63,887 nucleotides of DNA, filler included, from Lama guanicoe (GCA_013239625.1; 183 parts of 183 records of this genome joined end to end with filler, not necessarily neighbours in it); one strand, 5' to 3'. Counted from the first letter of the whole stretch, positions 1 through 13,611 are shown. The notes: a model not told the origin generated them from the sequence alone. Numbers and translations are program-made.

Positions 1-249
1 ACTGGGTGATCCAGGTAAATGATATACAGGAATTCATCAAAGTATTCTTTAACTTTTTTGTCGCTTGAAAGTTTTCAAAATAAAAAGATTGGAAGGGGGA
101 CCCACTTATCGTGTGTCTGTTATACACCAGACAAGGGGGTGATTGATCCCTGTGGATCGTGACAGGGAAATTAGGAACATGGGGGCACGACCCTGCCTCT
201 TTCCTGAGTGAATCTCTCAATAGAGAGTGAATTGTCTGCTTCCCTTCAA

Positions 250-349
250 NNNNNNNNNNNNNNNNNNNNNNNNNNNNNNNNNNNNNNNNNNNNTTAATTA
301 ATTAANNNNNNNNNNNNNNNNNNNNNNNNNNNNNNNNNNNNNNNNNNNN
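250..349. other. Artificial contig-joining linker N44-TTAATTAATTAA-N44 (first of 182 identical copies, recurring every ~349-350 bp)
   Basis: The linker is exactly 44 N + 12-mer + 44 N = 100 bp. The 12-mer is palindromic with TAA at offsets 2, 6 and 10, giving stops in all six frames. The flanking fragments are mutually unrelated. Confidence 0.98.
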
Positions 350-598
350 TTTCTACATTCTATATTCTTAGATCGATATTCAGTATTCTGTATTCTACCT
401 TCTAAATTCTGTGTTTTAAATTCCATGTTCAAAATTCTGTTTTCTATATTCTCTTTTCTATATTCTATATTTTGCGTTCAACATTCTATATTCTATATTC
501 TGCATTCGTTAGTCTATACTCAATATTGTGTGTTCTACATTGTATGTTGTAAATTCTATATTAAGTATTCTGTATTCTATATTCTTAATTCTGTGTTC
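350..598. repeat. Degenerate heptamer satellite (TTCTATA)n
   Basis: About 35 units in 7-bp register (TTCTATA, TTCTGTA, TTCTACA, TTCTAAA) fill the whole contig. Confidence 0.9.
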
Positions 599-698
599 NN
601 NNNNNNNNNNNNNNNNNNNNNNNNNNNNNNNNNNNNNNNNNNTTAATTAATTAANNNNNNNNNNNNNNNNNNNNNNNNNNNNNNNNNNNNNNNNNNNN

Positions 699-947
699 AG
701 TCAAGACATGGAAGCAACCTAAATATCCATCAACAGATGACTGGATAAAAAAGATGGATAAAAACAATGGAATACTTCTCCGCCATAAAAAATAATAAAC
801 TAATGCCATTTGCAACAAAACATGGATGGACCTAGAAATTATCACACTAAGTAAAGTAAGTCACACAGAGTAAGACAAATAACATGATATCACTTATATG
901 TGGAGTCTAAAAAAAGTGACACAAATGAACTTATTTACATAACAGAA
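699..947 (+). mobile_element. LINE-1 fragment, ORF2 end / 3'UTR
   Basis: Typical L1 motifs: AAGACATGGAAGCAACCTAAATATCCATCAACAGATGACTGGATAAA and GCCATTTGCAACAAAACATGGATGGACCTAGA. Confidence 0.9.
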
Positions 948-1089
948 NNNNNNNNNNNNNNNNNNNNNNNNNNNNNNNNNNNNNNNNNNNNTTAATTAAT
1001 TAANNNNNNNNNNNNNNNNNNNNNNNNNNNNNNNNNNNNNNNNNNNNGCTATTATAAGCAAACAAACAAACAAAATGAAGAAACAAAAC

Positions 1090-1296
1090 AAGATACTACC
1101 GTTTGTAAGGATGTGGGGGAAATGGAACCCTTGAACACTGTTGGTGGGAATGTAAACTGGTTATACCTATTACGGAAAACAATATGGAGATTCCTCAAAA
1201 AATTAAAAGCAGAACTATTGTATAATCTGGCAATCCCACTTCTGGGAATATGGGCAAAGGAACTCAAATCTGAATCCCTAACAGGTATCTGCACTC
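1090..1296 (+). mobile_element. LINE-1 ORF2 C-terminal fragment
   Basis: Translation TVGGNVNW...KTIWRFLKKLKAELLYNLAIPLLGI resembles the L1 ORF2p C-terminal region. Confidence 0.9.
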
Positions 1297-1819
1297 NNNN
1301 NNNNNNNNNNNNNNNNNNNNNNNNNNNNNNNNNNNNNNNNTTAATTAATTAANNNNNNNNNNNNNNNNNNNNNNNNNNNNNNNNNNNNNNNNNNNNCTCT
1401 CCAGGACTGTGAGTGACAGAGTTGCCTTCTATGGCATGAGCCTCTATGTCGTCTCTTTGTCACCTGCATAAGTTAGAACCCAGCTCTGAGCAGCTCACAG
1501 GACCGGGATGTCGGCACCAAGGCATGAGCCTCTGAACCAAGCCCGGGGGGGAAGCCTCCTGAGGAGGAGGAAGGACGGCATACGGGAAGGATGGACGTGA
1601 ACACACCTGAGTGTGCTTGGAACTCTGGGTAGGGAGCTCCAGCCCNNNNNNNNNNNNNNNNNNNNNNNNNNNNNNNNNNNNNNNNNNNNTTAATTAATTA
1701 ANNNNNNNNNNNNNNNNNNNNNNNNNNNNNNNNNNNNNNNNNNNNTTGCTGTAGCAGTCCTTGAATGGCTGTGCCCTGCCCCCTTCCTGTCTCAGTCTTT
1801 GTCTGCCCTTTCTCTATTT

Positions 1820-1994
1820 TTTGTTTTTCAATTGAGTTAGAGTCAGTTTACAATGTTGTGTCAGTTTCTGGTGCACAGCACAATTTTTCAGTCATATGTG
1901 AATATACATATATTCATTTTCATCTTCTTTTTCACCGTGAGCTACTACAAGATCTTGTATATATTTCTCTGGGCTAAAAAGTATAAACTTGTTT
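1820..1994 (-). mobile_element. LINE-1 3' end (antisense)
   Basis: AGTCAGTTTACAATGTTGTGTCAGTTTCTGGTGCACAGCA follows a T-rich tract. The same tail recurs near 12240, 27600 and 58550. Confidence 0.75.
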
Positions 1995-4900
1995 NNNNNN
2001 NNNNNNNNNNNNNNNNNNNNNNNNNNNNNNNNNNNNNNTTAATTAATTAANNNNNNNNNNNNNNNNNNNNNNNNNNNNNNNNNNNNNNNNNNNNATGGCC
2101 TTGGGTAGGTTATTCCCATTTTCTGTTCAATGGATATGATGTTGTAAGAGTTCCTGTTATGCAGCATATTGTGATGACTGTTAAATTACACAAAACACAT
2201 AAGTGACTGGCACATAGTCTCTGCTTTAAAGCAATGTTTGCTCTCATCAAGGTCCTCCAGTGTAATGGAGGTGGTTCTTTTTTCTCATCTACATATCCTC
2301 TGTTTTATCTCTCCATTCCCCTAAACTTTGATTCTTATCATATNNNNNNNNNNNNNNNNNNNNNNNNNNNNNNNNNNNNNNNNNNNNTTAATTAATTAAN
2401 NNNNNNNNNNNNNNNNNNNNNNNNNNNNNNNNNNNNNNNNNNNGCATGAGAGCAGGGCCCAGGCTCCTCTCCAGTTTCACCTGTGAAACCTGGTAAGTGC
2501 TGGGCTCATGTGACACTGGTGCGGGATCCAGCTTTTCTGCCCCACCCCCTCTGAAAGCATCAGGATGTGAGATCTAAGCCCAAAGGACCTGACAGGGGGA
2601 GACTTGAACACTAAACATGGCTGGCCAGTGCCCTTCTGCAGGGGAACAAGGAGCAGATGGTCCTCATCTGATCCTCCCCTCCCTGCCTGCTGNNNNNNNN
2701 NNNNNNNNNNNNNNNNNNNNNNNNNNNNNNNNNNNNTTAATTAATTAANNNNNNNNNNNNNNNNNNNNNNNNNNNNNNNNNNNNNNNNNNNNCAGTTTTC
2801 GAAGGTCCCACTGATGCTGTGTGGAATACAAGTAGGAGAGGTTGAGACTTCGAGACCAGAGATCCAGAAATGAGCATCATAGCTAGGAGGACAGGGAGAG
2901 AATGTTCTGATGGCGACTTTGAGATCTTGAGGATGACAACTCTTTCTCCTCCCAGTGGTGGCTTAGGACTTCTAACGGGAACTTTCGGCTCAAGGTTTGC
3001 AATGGGCTGAGTCCTCTAGAACCTGGAGAAACACCATCACANNNNNNNNNNNNNNNNNNNNNNNNNNNNNNNNNNNNNNNNNNNNTTAATTAATTAANNN
3101 NNNNNNNNNNNNNNNNNNNNNNNNNNNNNNNNNNNNNNNNNATCCCCTTGCCTTTTTCTCCTTTCGATCCCTTGTTCTTTTTGCCCCTTCCTTTCATCAA
3201 AGCCCTAAATGGCAAAGGGGTAGGAGACAGATCGGATTAATCCACCAGAGTGGAAACAGTCCAAGTCTCCCAGGTAGAATTTCTGGAATTAAAACACTTG
3301 GTAGGCAAGGAAATCATATTTTTAATGGGACTCTTTAGAAGTAATAATAATAGAGAATGTATAAACGTATTTAGCTCCCACAACCCTATANNNNNNNNNN
3401 NNNNNNNNNNNNNNNNNNNNNNNNNNNNNNNNNNTTAATTAATTAANNNNNNNNNNNNNNNNNNNNNNNNNNNNNNNNNNNNNNNNNNNNACACACACAC
3501 ACACACATCCTTGGTTCCAAACACAGCCATCCCATCCCCCTCAGCAGAAATTACCGCTGATCGATGGTAATTTTACAAGTTTACTCTGCATAGAGGTATC
3601 TATACACTGCGTGCAACTTCCTTTTCAACCAGTTTAATTTACTCACATTTTTGAACGCATCTCAAAGACACAGTTAAATATTAGATACTTTCCTACGAAT
3701 TCCATGAGCCCCAATATTTTAATCTTATGTTTATATATANNNNNNNNNNNNNNNNNNNNNNNNNNNNNNNNNNNNNNNNNNNNTTAATTAATTAANNNNN
3801 NNNNNNNNNNNNNNNNNNNNNNNNNNNNNNNNNNNNNNNTTTTTTTCGGTCTTTTATGTTTCAGAAATGCCATTACAAGATTTGGATGCTTGAAGTATTA
3901 CATAAATTATCCTATTATTGTAGCAATGACAGGATTTCACACCCATCCATTTACTTCTGATTTGATTTCCCTCCATGAAAATTCTTTGTTTTTGAGATAT
4001 ATTTGTCATGCTGCAGATATAATTCTCATTAAACAAGGAGTATATTTAAAAGGTAAGATTTTAAGTGCCTTAATAGGAAAAAAAAAAANNNNNNNNNNNN
4101 NNNNNNNNNNNNNNNNNNNNNNNNNNNNNNNNTTAATTAATTAANNNNNNNNNNNNNNNNNNNNNNNNNNNNNNNNNNNNNNNNNNNNATTATTTGGAGA
4201 GGATGCGAAAGGCAGGAGGAGAGAGAGGAAAAGAAAGAAGAAGAAAAAGGAGAGACAGTCGTGTGTTGGGAGGGGAGGTTTCATATTTCACGCCGAAGGG
4301 ATAGAATTTGAGCTTATGAAATTTCAGAGACGTGAAAGAGTTTCCTAGAAAGTGAAATAAGTCTGAAAAGGTAGGTGGAGGCCAGAAGCATAGGTCTTTT
4401 TAGTCCTTTGGACCTTGTTCAGGCCTCTCATTTTAAANNNNNNNNNNNNNNNNNNNNNNNNNNNNNNNNNNNNNNNNNNNNTTAATTAATTAANNNNNNN
4501 NNNNNNNNNNNNNNNNNNNNNNNNNNNNNNNNNNNNNTAAAATTGTACACTTTAAATAGGTACACCTTATTGTTATGCAATTATACCTCAATGAAGCCAT
4601 TAAAAATCCAATTTTAACAAATATCCTCATTCAATGTTGTATAAGTCTTCTCGTGTCACCCAAAATGCAAATATTTCTCCTTTAGTTTTCATTGGCCTAA
4701 AACTATATTTCTTTTTTAATAAAAGTATAGATAACAACTTTCTGCATTCATGTGTGATACATTATTTTCAACTGAGCATTATCCCANNNNNNNNNNNNNN
4801 NNNNNNNNNNNNNNNNNNNNNNNNNNNNNNTTAATTAATTAANNNNNNNNNNNNNNNNNNNNNNNNNNNNNNNNNNNNNNNNNNNNCTGGTCCCTAAGAC

Positions 4901-5584
4901 GTGCTAGCCACGGCGAACAACGCACCCAGGTAAGTATGACCCCAGAACAACAGGCTGAAAAGCGAAAAATACATTACCTAGCTAATGCTTTATCAGTAAG
5001 AGATCAGGGTGATTTTACCATCAGATTACTGAGAGTGCTTCCCACTTTGGGATGCTTTTGAGTAGTGGTGACCACTGGCCAGTGATCCCTGAGGAATGAG
5101 GGAGGAAAAACTACAGGAACAAAAGTGATGCAACTNNNNNNNNNNNNNNNNNNNNNNNNNNNNNNNNNNNNNNNNNNNNTTAATTAATTAANNNNNNNNN
5201 NNNNNNNNNNNNNNNNNNNNNNNNNNNNNNNNNNNTCCCAGGGCCAGAAAGTAGAGATAAGGAGGAAAAAGCTTGGTCATCAACTGCTCCTGAAGCTCTC
5301 CCCTGACCCCACTGTTCTGAGGTGAGGGGGCCTCCTCTCTGCACTTTGTACTTACTCCATCAGAGCACTCCACAGATTCAATGTTTGGCTTTGTATTTTT
5401 ATTCATATCCCAGTTCCATTACTTACTAGCTTTGAGTAAATTACAGAAAAGTACAACTCTCTGTGCCTCAGTTTACATATCTTANNNNNNNNNNNNNNNN
5501 NNNNNNNNNNNNNNNNNNNNNNNNNNNNTTAATTAATTAANNNNNNNNNNNNNNNNNNNNNNNNNNNNNNNNNNNNNNNNNNNN

Positions 5585-5833
5585 CTCTGTTACTATGAAT
5601 TTGTCTTTATTTCTTTTTTTTTAAATTTCACATCTAAGTGAGATCATGCAATATTTTTCTTTCTGTGTCTGTTTTATTTCACTTAGCACAATGTCCTCCA
5701 GGTTCATCTATATTGTTGTGAATGGCAGGATTTCCTTGTTTTTTTTTAAGGCTGAATGATATTCCATTGTGTGTATATGTCTCTTTTTTTTTTTTTATCC
5801 TTTTATCCATTGCCAGACATTTATTTTGTTACT
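5585..5833 (-). mobile_element. LINE-1 3' region (antisense)
   Basis: AAGTGAGATCATGCAATATTT...TTTCACTTAGCACAATGTCCTCCAGGTTCATC...GGCTGAATGATATTCCATTGTG. Confidence 0.88.
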
Positions 5834-6631
5834 NNNNNNNNNNNNNNNNNNNNNNNNNNNNNNNNNNNNNNNNNNNNTTAATTAATTAANNNNNNNNNNN
5901 NNNNNNNNNNNNNNNNNNNNNNNNNNNNNNNNNTGACCAGGGAACCCTCATTTGGTTACTGTCAGTCACTTGGATTTCTTCTCCCTTTTTTCTTGATGTG
6001 TCTGTTCTCTGTTTATTATTATTCTTACTGGAACATAATCTGTCAAAGCAAAGCAGGCTAATATATTTTAAACAACCACTGTTGTAATTACTCTTTAAAT
6101 TGCCTGTCTCTCTGCACTAGAATGTATCTTTCGTGATAGCAGTAATTTTGTCTGTTTTACACTCTGATTTATCCCCAGTGCCNNNNNNNNNNNNNNNNNN
6201 NNNNNNNNNNNNNNNNNNNNNNNNNNTTAATTAATTAANNNNNNNNNNNNNNNNNNNNNNNNNNNNNNNNNNNNNNNNNNNNTAATTCCTAGCACAATTT
6301 TATGTATGTTGGATGTTCTCAGTAAATAATATTATTTATTGTATACAGGCCCTGATATAAGAACAGAAATCCATTGTTTCCTACACTAAAAAAGCAAACA
6401 GTTTAGTTTTCCATTTGCTTTACAGTAAGAGGTACCTCTAACTGGAAAGAGTACCTTTAAGTTGTAAATATTATCGTATAACTTAGATAATACATATTGA
6501 GAGTTCATGCTCTAAGTACTTTTTATATTTCNNNNNNNNNNNNNNNNNNNNNNNNNNNNNNNNNNNNNNNNNNNNTTAATTAATTAANNNNNNNNNNNNN
6601 NNNNNNNNNNNNNNNNNNNNNNNNNNNNNNN

Positions 6632-6880
6632 TATAGAGTACAGAATATATAATGTAGACTATAGAATGTAGAACACAATATTAAGAATACAGAATACAGA
6701 AAATAGAATTTAGAAAATGGAATACCGAACACAGAGTATTGAAGATAAACTACAGAATACAGAACCCAGAATTTAGGCATGGAATGCAGAACCCAGAATA
6801 TAGGATATAGAACACAGAATACAGAATTTAGAATGTAGAATATAGAATGTAGAACACATAGTATAGAATATAGAATGCAG
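6632..6880. repeat. Degenerate heptamer satellite (TATAGAA)n, reverse complement of the family at 350-598
   Basis: Continuous 7-bp register of TATAGAA, TACAGAA, TGTAGAA and TTTAGAA units. Confidence 0.9.
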
Positions 6881-7329
6881 NNNNNNNNNNNNNNNNNNNN
6901 NNNNNNNNNNNNNNNNNNNNNNNNTTAATTAATTAANNNNNNNNNNNNNNNNNNNNNNNNNNNNNNNNNNNNNNNNNNNNTGTAAAGGTGAACTTCATGT
7001 TAAGCACTTGGGGTCTATACTTGTACCAGGAGAATCCCTGGCAGGTCATTTCTAACTGGGATGGTGGAGGGTGCAGGTTAACCACAAATTCATGCAGCAG
7101 AAACTTTTAGTTGGAGTAGTGAACCTCTTAGGGCTGGAATTGGGGCGGGGGCAGTGGCTCCTTTGTGAGTCTCCTGCTATGTTTGCCACTTTAATAGATC
7201 AATGATGCCTTTTTATTTTAATGCAGATTNNNNNNNNNNNNNNNNNNNNNNNNNNNNNNNNNNNNNNNNNNNNTTAATTAATTAANNNNNNNNNNNNNNN
7301 NNNNNNNNNNNNNNNNNNNNNNNNNNNNN

Positions 7330-7578
7330 ATTTGATCATGGCATATGATAATTTTAATGTATTGTTGAATTCTGTTTGATAATATTTTCTTGAGAAGTTT
7401 TGCATCTTTATTTATCTGGAATACTGGCCTTTAGTTTTCCTTTCTTATAATGTCTTTATCTTGCTTTGGTATCAGGGCGATGCTGACCTTGTAAAATGAG
7501 TTTGGGAGGGTTCCCTCCCTTTTGTTTTTTGGCAAGAGTTGGAGAAGGATTGGCATTAATTCTTCTTTGAATGTTTGG
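7330..7578 (-). mobile_element. LINE-1 ORF2 (RT region) fragment, antisense
   Basis: TTTGGTATCAGGGCGATGCTGACCTTGTAAAATGAGTTTGGGAGGGTTCCCTCC...AGGATTGGCATTAATTCTTCTTTGAATGTTTGG. Confidence 0.88.
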
Positions 7579-10500
7579 NNNNNNNNNNNNNNNNNNNNNN
7601 NNNNNNNNNNNNNNNNNNNNNNTTAATTAATTAANNNNNNNNNNNNNNNNNNNNNNNNNNNNNNNNNNNNNNNNNNNNCTGGCTCCTTACTGAGATCTGA
7701 GTGACAGAACAAGGGAGGGAGATACAAAGCCAACAGCTACTCAGTGAAAATTCTCACTGATTCTAATGAAATCTGTGAGAGAAATTAGCCATTTTTAAAA
7801 AGAAAAAGATGATTCAATGTATGAGTAGAGCAAGAATGACACAGAAAACTTGTAGGGCTCAGAGGAGGGAAGGTTAGAAAGCTGGAGAGAGTCCATGAAA
7901 AAGGTGGGACTTGACCTGGGCCCGGGTNNNNNNNNNNNNNNNNNNNNNNNNNNNNNNNNNNNNNNNNNNNNTTAATTAATTAANNNNNNNNNNNNNNNNN
8001 NNNNNNNNNNNNNNNNNNNNNNNNNNNTCCTGATGGAATCCTATTTGGGCCTGTCTGTTTCCTTCTTATTTGGCTTTGGGTCTCTAATTGCTGATAAAAG
8101 TTTTAACACTGTGAAAAAAGATTTACCTTGTGGCTTTACAATAAAGGAAATACAAAATGTGGAAAGGTGACCGTTCCACCGGAATTTCCCCCAAGATTTA
8201 AAACATTTGCTTTTTCACCTTTCAGGGGCTGAGACAGAAGGAGTTTTCCATATGGAAAGCTTCTTATTTTTAAGCCNNNNNNNNNNNNNNNNNNNNNNNN
8301 NNNNNNNNNNNNNNNNNNNNTTAATTAATTAANNNNNNNNNNNNNNNNNNNNNNNNNNNNNNNNNNNNNNNNNNNNAAAAATCAATAGACATCTATTTCT
8401 CTTCTCCCCTTGGTGCCCTGAAATGATATTCCACACAAGTGAATTTGTATCTGCTTCTTCAAGTGAAATTCATGTCTAAATCACACAGTGTTGAATGCTG
8501 TGTATTAAAACAAAAAATGGTTACTGAGGACTGTCTTTTAAAATCTCCTGGTTTAGTGGAGGAAACGGAAATTGTGGTATATGATTTTGATCAAGTGTGA
8601 TGTTTGGAAGTGCAGTATGAACACANNNNNNNNNNNNNNNNNNNNNNNNNNNNNNNNNNNNNNNNNNNNTTAATTAATTAANNNNNNNNNNNNNNNNNNN
8701 NNNNNNNNNNNNNNNNNNNNNNNNNGATGGATTCTATCGAAAAGGACTGGTGTGACTGGGCCCTGATTAGCAGGTAGGGGCAGTGCTGGAGGGCGGCTTG
8801 GGCCGGGGTGGGGTGGGGTGGGATGTGTGCTCCTTGTGGGCCTGGAGTGAGTATGGGACACTCCTCTCTCTGGGCCCAACCCCTCCCTCACTCTAGTCCT
8901 CTCCTGCCCCCAGGCCTTATAGCGCCCTTCAAGAGTGCTTGGAACAGGAAGCAGAGGAGTTCGGCCTGGGCTTCNNNNNNNNNNNNNNNNNNNNNNNNNN
9001 NNNNNNNNNNNNNNNNNNTTAATTAATTAANNNNNNNNNNNNNNNNNNNNNNNNNNNNNNNNNNNNNNNNNNNNTCTTCTCCTAAGATTTTGAGCTATCA
9101 CCTGTGTCCTAGAAAAGGAGCCAAAAGAGAATACATTGTTCTTTGATGTTCCCTAAATCCTGTATGAGGAAAAGAATGAAAAAAACCCAAAAAACACTTG
9201 TATTTTGTTTCACATGGCCACAATAAATCCGTGGCAGAAATAAAGTGTGTAGTTTGGGTTGCTGAAGTATTGTGTCTTCCAGTCATTCATTAGCCTACAG
9301 CAGTCTTAGTTCTGTCATCATCANNNNNNNNNNNNNNNNNNNNNNNNNNNNNNNNNNNNNNNNNNNNTTAATTAATTAANNNNNNNNNNNNNNNNNNNNN
9401 NNNNNNNNNNNNNNNNNNNNNNNTGAAACAAGAAATTACAGAATTTATCCAGAAGTTATTGCTAGAGAATGGTCTATGACTGATTAGTGTTCTATTGGAA
9501 TAATGGGGTGAGGTGGTTTAGTTTAAGCATCTCCACTTTGAATTAATTCACTTGGGTTCAAAAGATGATTTGACCAGGACTTACTGTTCTGTGGTATTGG
9601 GAAATTAAACTTCCCTGGCCTTTAATATCTTCTTTTGTCATAAAGATTCTATGAGAATTAAAAGGGATAATCNNNNNNNNNNNNNNNNNNNNNNNNNNNN
9701 NNNNNNNNNNNNNNNNTTAATTAATTAANNNNNNNNNNNNNNNNNNNNNNNNNNNNNNNNNNNNNNNNNNNNAAGTAATAGAGTGTTTAAAGTGAGCTAA
9801 AGAACTGCGTATAAAAGCATTCAGAAAAGTATATTATGTTTATTTTGGATTCAGAAAAAAATGGTAACCTTCAAAAAAATGTATTTTAATTGAGGTATAG
9901 TTTATGCACGGCGAAATGCCCAGGACTTCAGTGCACGTTCTGATGAGTTGTGACAGTTGCATACGCCCTTGCAACCACACTCCAATCCTTCCTGCCCCTT
10001 TTCAGTTAAGTCCAGGCTCACNNNNNNNNNNNNNNNNNNNNNNNNNNNNNNNNNNNNNNNNNNNNTTAATTAATTAANNNNNNNNNNNNNNNNNNNNNNN
10101 NNNNNNNNNNNNNNNNNNNNNCCTGTTGAGTTCTGCTGGCTATTGTGAGCGAATTGGAGGGAATCAAGATGAGTTCTTCCCCACATTTCATATTCTTCTG
10201 GCTAACCTAGTGGCCATCTCCAGAAGGAGGCTGGACGGGATGATCTGTGGGTCTCTGTGGGCATCTCATTGCTCCAGCTCAAGTCTGCATCTGCCATGAC
10301 GAATTCTGAGTAAACATTTGGCCAGTGCTGGTAAACCAAGTGGCACGTAGTGATGGGTTACCATCAGAGCNNNNNNNNNNNNNNNNNNNNNNNNNNNNNN
10401 NNNNNNNNNNNNNNTTAATTAATTAANNNNNNNNNNNNNNNNNNNNNNNNNNNNNNNNNNNNNNNNNNNNATCTACCCCTAATAAGAGACATGCAAATTA

Positions 10501-11168
10501 AAACTTCCGGGGACAACATTTCCTAGCCATTAGATGACAAAACTGAAAAACTTGACAATCCGCCCATTCAGGGATTTGGAGGAAAAGAGGCAATCTCACA
10601 CACTGTTTGTGGGAATGCGAAATAACGCAACTTCTACGAGGGTAAGTTTTTAAATATCTAACAACTACACAAGCAATGTACTAGCTTGTTAGGCCTGATG
10701 GAGCAAAACACCACAGACTNNNNNNNNNNNNNNNNNNNNNNNNNNNNNNNNNNNNNNNNNNNNTTAATTAATTAANNNNNNNNNNNNNNNNNNNNNNNNN
10801 NNNNNNNNNNNNNNNNNNNTGCTGTGGGTGAGCTGTGGCCACGCTGTGCAGGCTTTGAGGGTGTGGTCGGATGCATCGCCGTACTCTTCAAGGAGATACC
10901 CTCTTTGGCTTCAGGAAGTAGGAAGCCCCAGAACGTGTCACGGGGTGAGACTCGGAGTTGGGGGCACATTTTTCCCATAGCTCCCTTGCCATGCTTTGTG
11001 CTTTAGTCCTAAAAGGAACGAACTGCTGACAACTCCCTAAGATTCCATTTGTCCATTTCAAGACCCTGNNNNNNNNNNNNNNNNNNNNNNNNNNNNNNNN
11101 NNNNNNNNNNNNTTAATTAATTAANNNNNNNNNNNNNNNNNNNNNNNNNNNNNNNNNNNNNNNNNNNN

Positions 11169-11766
11169 TTAATGCAGACAAGGCACAAGAAAACCGTGTC
11201 TGAAGTAGTATTGAAATGTGCCAAATGTAACCACGACAGGTTTCTCAGAGGAGGTAGCATCTGAACCTGAATTTGTAGAATTTACCAGATGAACACTTGA
11301 GGAAAGAACTTCCGTGCAAAAAATAACTATAAACGTGAAGGCTTGAGACACACGAAAGCATAGCTTGTTCAAAGAAACACAATTACTTTTCAAGTGTAAA
11401 GAGTGATGGAGCAAGTGNNNNNNNNNNNNNNNNNNNNNNNNNNNNNNNNNNNNNNNNNNNNTTAATTAATTAANNNNNNNNNNNNNNNNNNNNNNNNNNN
11501 NNNNNNNNNNNNNNNNNTTAATGCAGACAAGGCACAAGAAAACCGTGTCTGAAGTAGTATTGAAATATGCCAAATGTAACCACGACAGGTTTCTCAGAGG
11601 AGGTAGCATATGAACCTGAATTTGTAGAACTTACCAGATGAACACTTGAGGAAAGAACTTCCATGCAAAAAATAACTATAAATGTGAAGGCTTGAGACAC
11701 ACGAAAGCATAGCTTGGTCAAAGAAACACAATTACTTTTCAAGTGTAAAGAGTGATGGAGCAAGTG
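11169..11766. other. Pair of near-identical contigs (11169-11417 and 11518-11766), assembly bubble arms
   Basis: Same length and same ends, 6 substitutions, and 49 identical bp at each end. Confidence 0.93.
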
Positions 11767-13611
11767 NNNNNNNNNNNNNNNNNNNNNNNNNNNNNNNNNN
11801 NNNNNNNNNNTTAATTAATTAANNNNNNNNNNNNNNNNNNNNNNNNNNNNNNNNNNNNNNNNNNNNCGGCTTTCTGGCAAATCATCCTGGCACCAGGCAG
11901 TGTCCTAAAAAAATGTATCATCACCAATGGTGAAACCCTCAGCTCTGGAGGGGAGCCCACAAGATTGTCCTCTCCCAAACTTCTGAAGCCCTGGTGGCTC
12001 CTGGAGCAGAGAACGAGCTACTGTGCCTTATAGCAACTGCCTGCAATCATCCTCCCTCCAGGACTCTGGGGTCCAGCCTTTCCTAGGCCTAAGAGGAAGT
12101 CTCCGAACAAAATGTNNNNNNNNNNNNNNNNNNNNNNNNNNNNNNNNNNNNNNNNNNNNTTAATTAATTAANNNNNNNNNNNNNNNNNNNNNNNNNNNNN
12201 NNNNNNNNNNNNNNNCATTCTATTCTTTTTTTATTGAAATAGAGTCAGTTTACAATGTTGTGTCGGTTTCTGGTGCACAGCATAAGAGTTCAGTCACACA
12301 TATACATGTTATTCTATTCTGATGACACCTAGCTCAGGTTTTTATCCTGGTGTATTAATTAGGTCAGGAGCATGGGTTTTACTCTAGAGACTCAACTGGC
12401 TTCTATTTTCCAAGGTCATAAACTTCCCCCAGACTCTGGACTATGCCTTCTTGCCCATGTGAACNNNNNNNNNNNNNNNNNNNNNNNNNNNNNNNNNNNN
12501 NNNNNNNNTTAATTAATTAANNNNNNNNNNNNNNNNNNNNNNNNNNNNNNNNNNNNNNNNNNNNCTTTTTAAAACAATCTGCCACTGTGCATTAACAAGT
12601 ATATGGACTTGTACTTGCATAAATAATATACATTATCCAAGTATATGTGCTTGTACAAGTAATGTACATTGTACATTAACAAGTATATCCAACCACACCA
12701 TGATTCTCTTGATTCTCTTTTCTTGTATCAAAATACATTATTTTCTTATGTTCCCTTTACCATTAGAAACACATTTTTTCACCTACAGGAGATCATGGAA
12801 CACTCAGCTGTTTNNNNNNNNNNNNNNNNNNNNNNNNNNNNNNNNNNNNNNNNNNNNTTAATTAATTAANNNNNNNNNNNNNNNNNNNNNNNNNNNNNNN
12901 NNNNNNNNNNNNNTTCCCGCAGATGCATGAAAAAATATCAAAAATATCTTTTCCACCCAACAGAGTAGAGGTGATGGGTGCCCTACTCTGCTTCACAACA
13001 GCAAAATGTGGTTTCTTGGCTCCCTAACATGGAATATTACTTCTTTCCATGAAACTAGGTTGTCAGCCACTCCTCTCACCACGTATCAGTCATCCTGCCC
13101 CTTCTCCACCTTCTCCCCAAGACCTGGGATCAGATCAGACTTTCTTAAAAGATACATCTGCTNNNNNNNNNNNNNNNNNNNNNNNNNNNNNNNNNNNNNN
13201 NNNNNNTTAATTAATTAANNNNNNNNNNNNNNNNNNNNNNNNNNNNNNNNNNNNNNNNNNNNCAGTTTCTTCCTCTGAGAAATGGGTACAAGGAAGCCCA
13301 CCTCCCAGAATGGGGCAAGAACTCAGGAAGCCCGTGAGTGAGGTGGATTGCTGAGCACAAGGCCAAGGGGTGCTCGGTGTACGTTAATGCAGGGAGCCCA
13401 GGTGTTCTGGGGGGGCCGTCAGGACAGTGCCGACCGTTCACAGATGGGTCAGTGAGCGTGCTGTCACACCACGGGCACCAAGGGAGGAGCAGACGGCCAG
13501 ATGCACAGGAANNNNNNNNNNNNNNNNNNNNNNNNNNNNNNNNNNNNNNNNNNNNTTAATTAATTAANNNNNNNNNNNNNNNNNNNNNNNNNNNNNNNNN
13601 NNNNNNNNNNN

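Noticed and set aside
4887..4935. Exon end with a perfect donor CAG|GTAAGT at 4929/4930
   Set aside because: Only 43 bp of putative exon is visible and the peptide was not recognised. The motif alone is insufficient.
11169..11766. Tandem duplication or duplicated 81-aa gene
   Set aside because: Adjacency is artificial, the pair has bubble geometry, and the ORF depends on an alternative start and has no recognisable homology.
12580..12690. Possible mitochondrial D-loop NUMT (TACAT/ATGTA-rich)
   Set aside because: It is better explained as about 2.5 copies of a ~42-bp local tandem repeat (GTACATTAACAAGTATAT). No other control-region blocks are visible.
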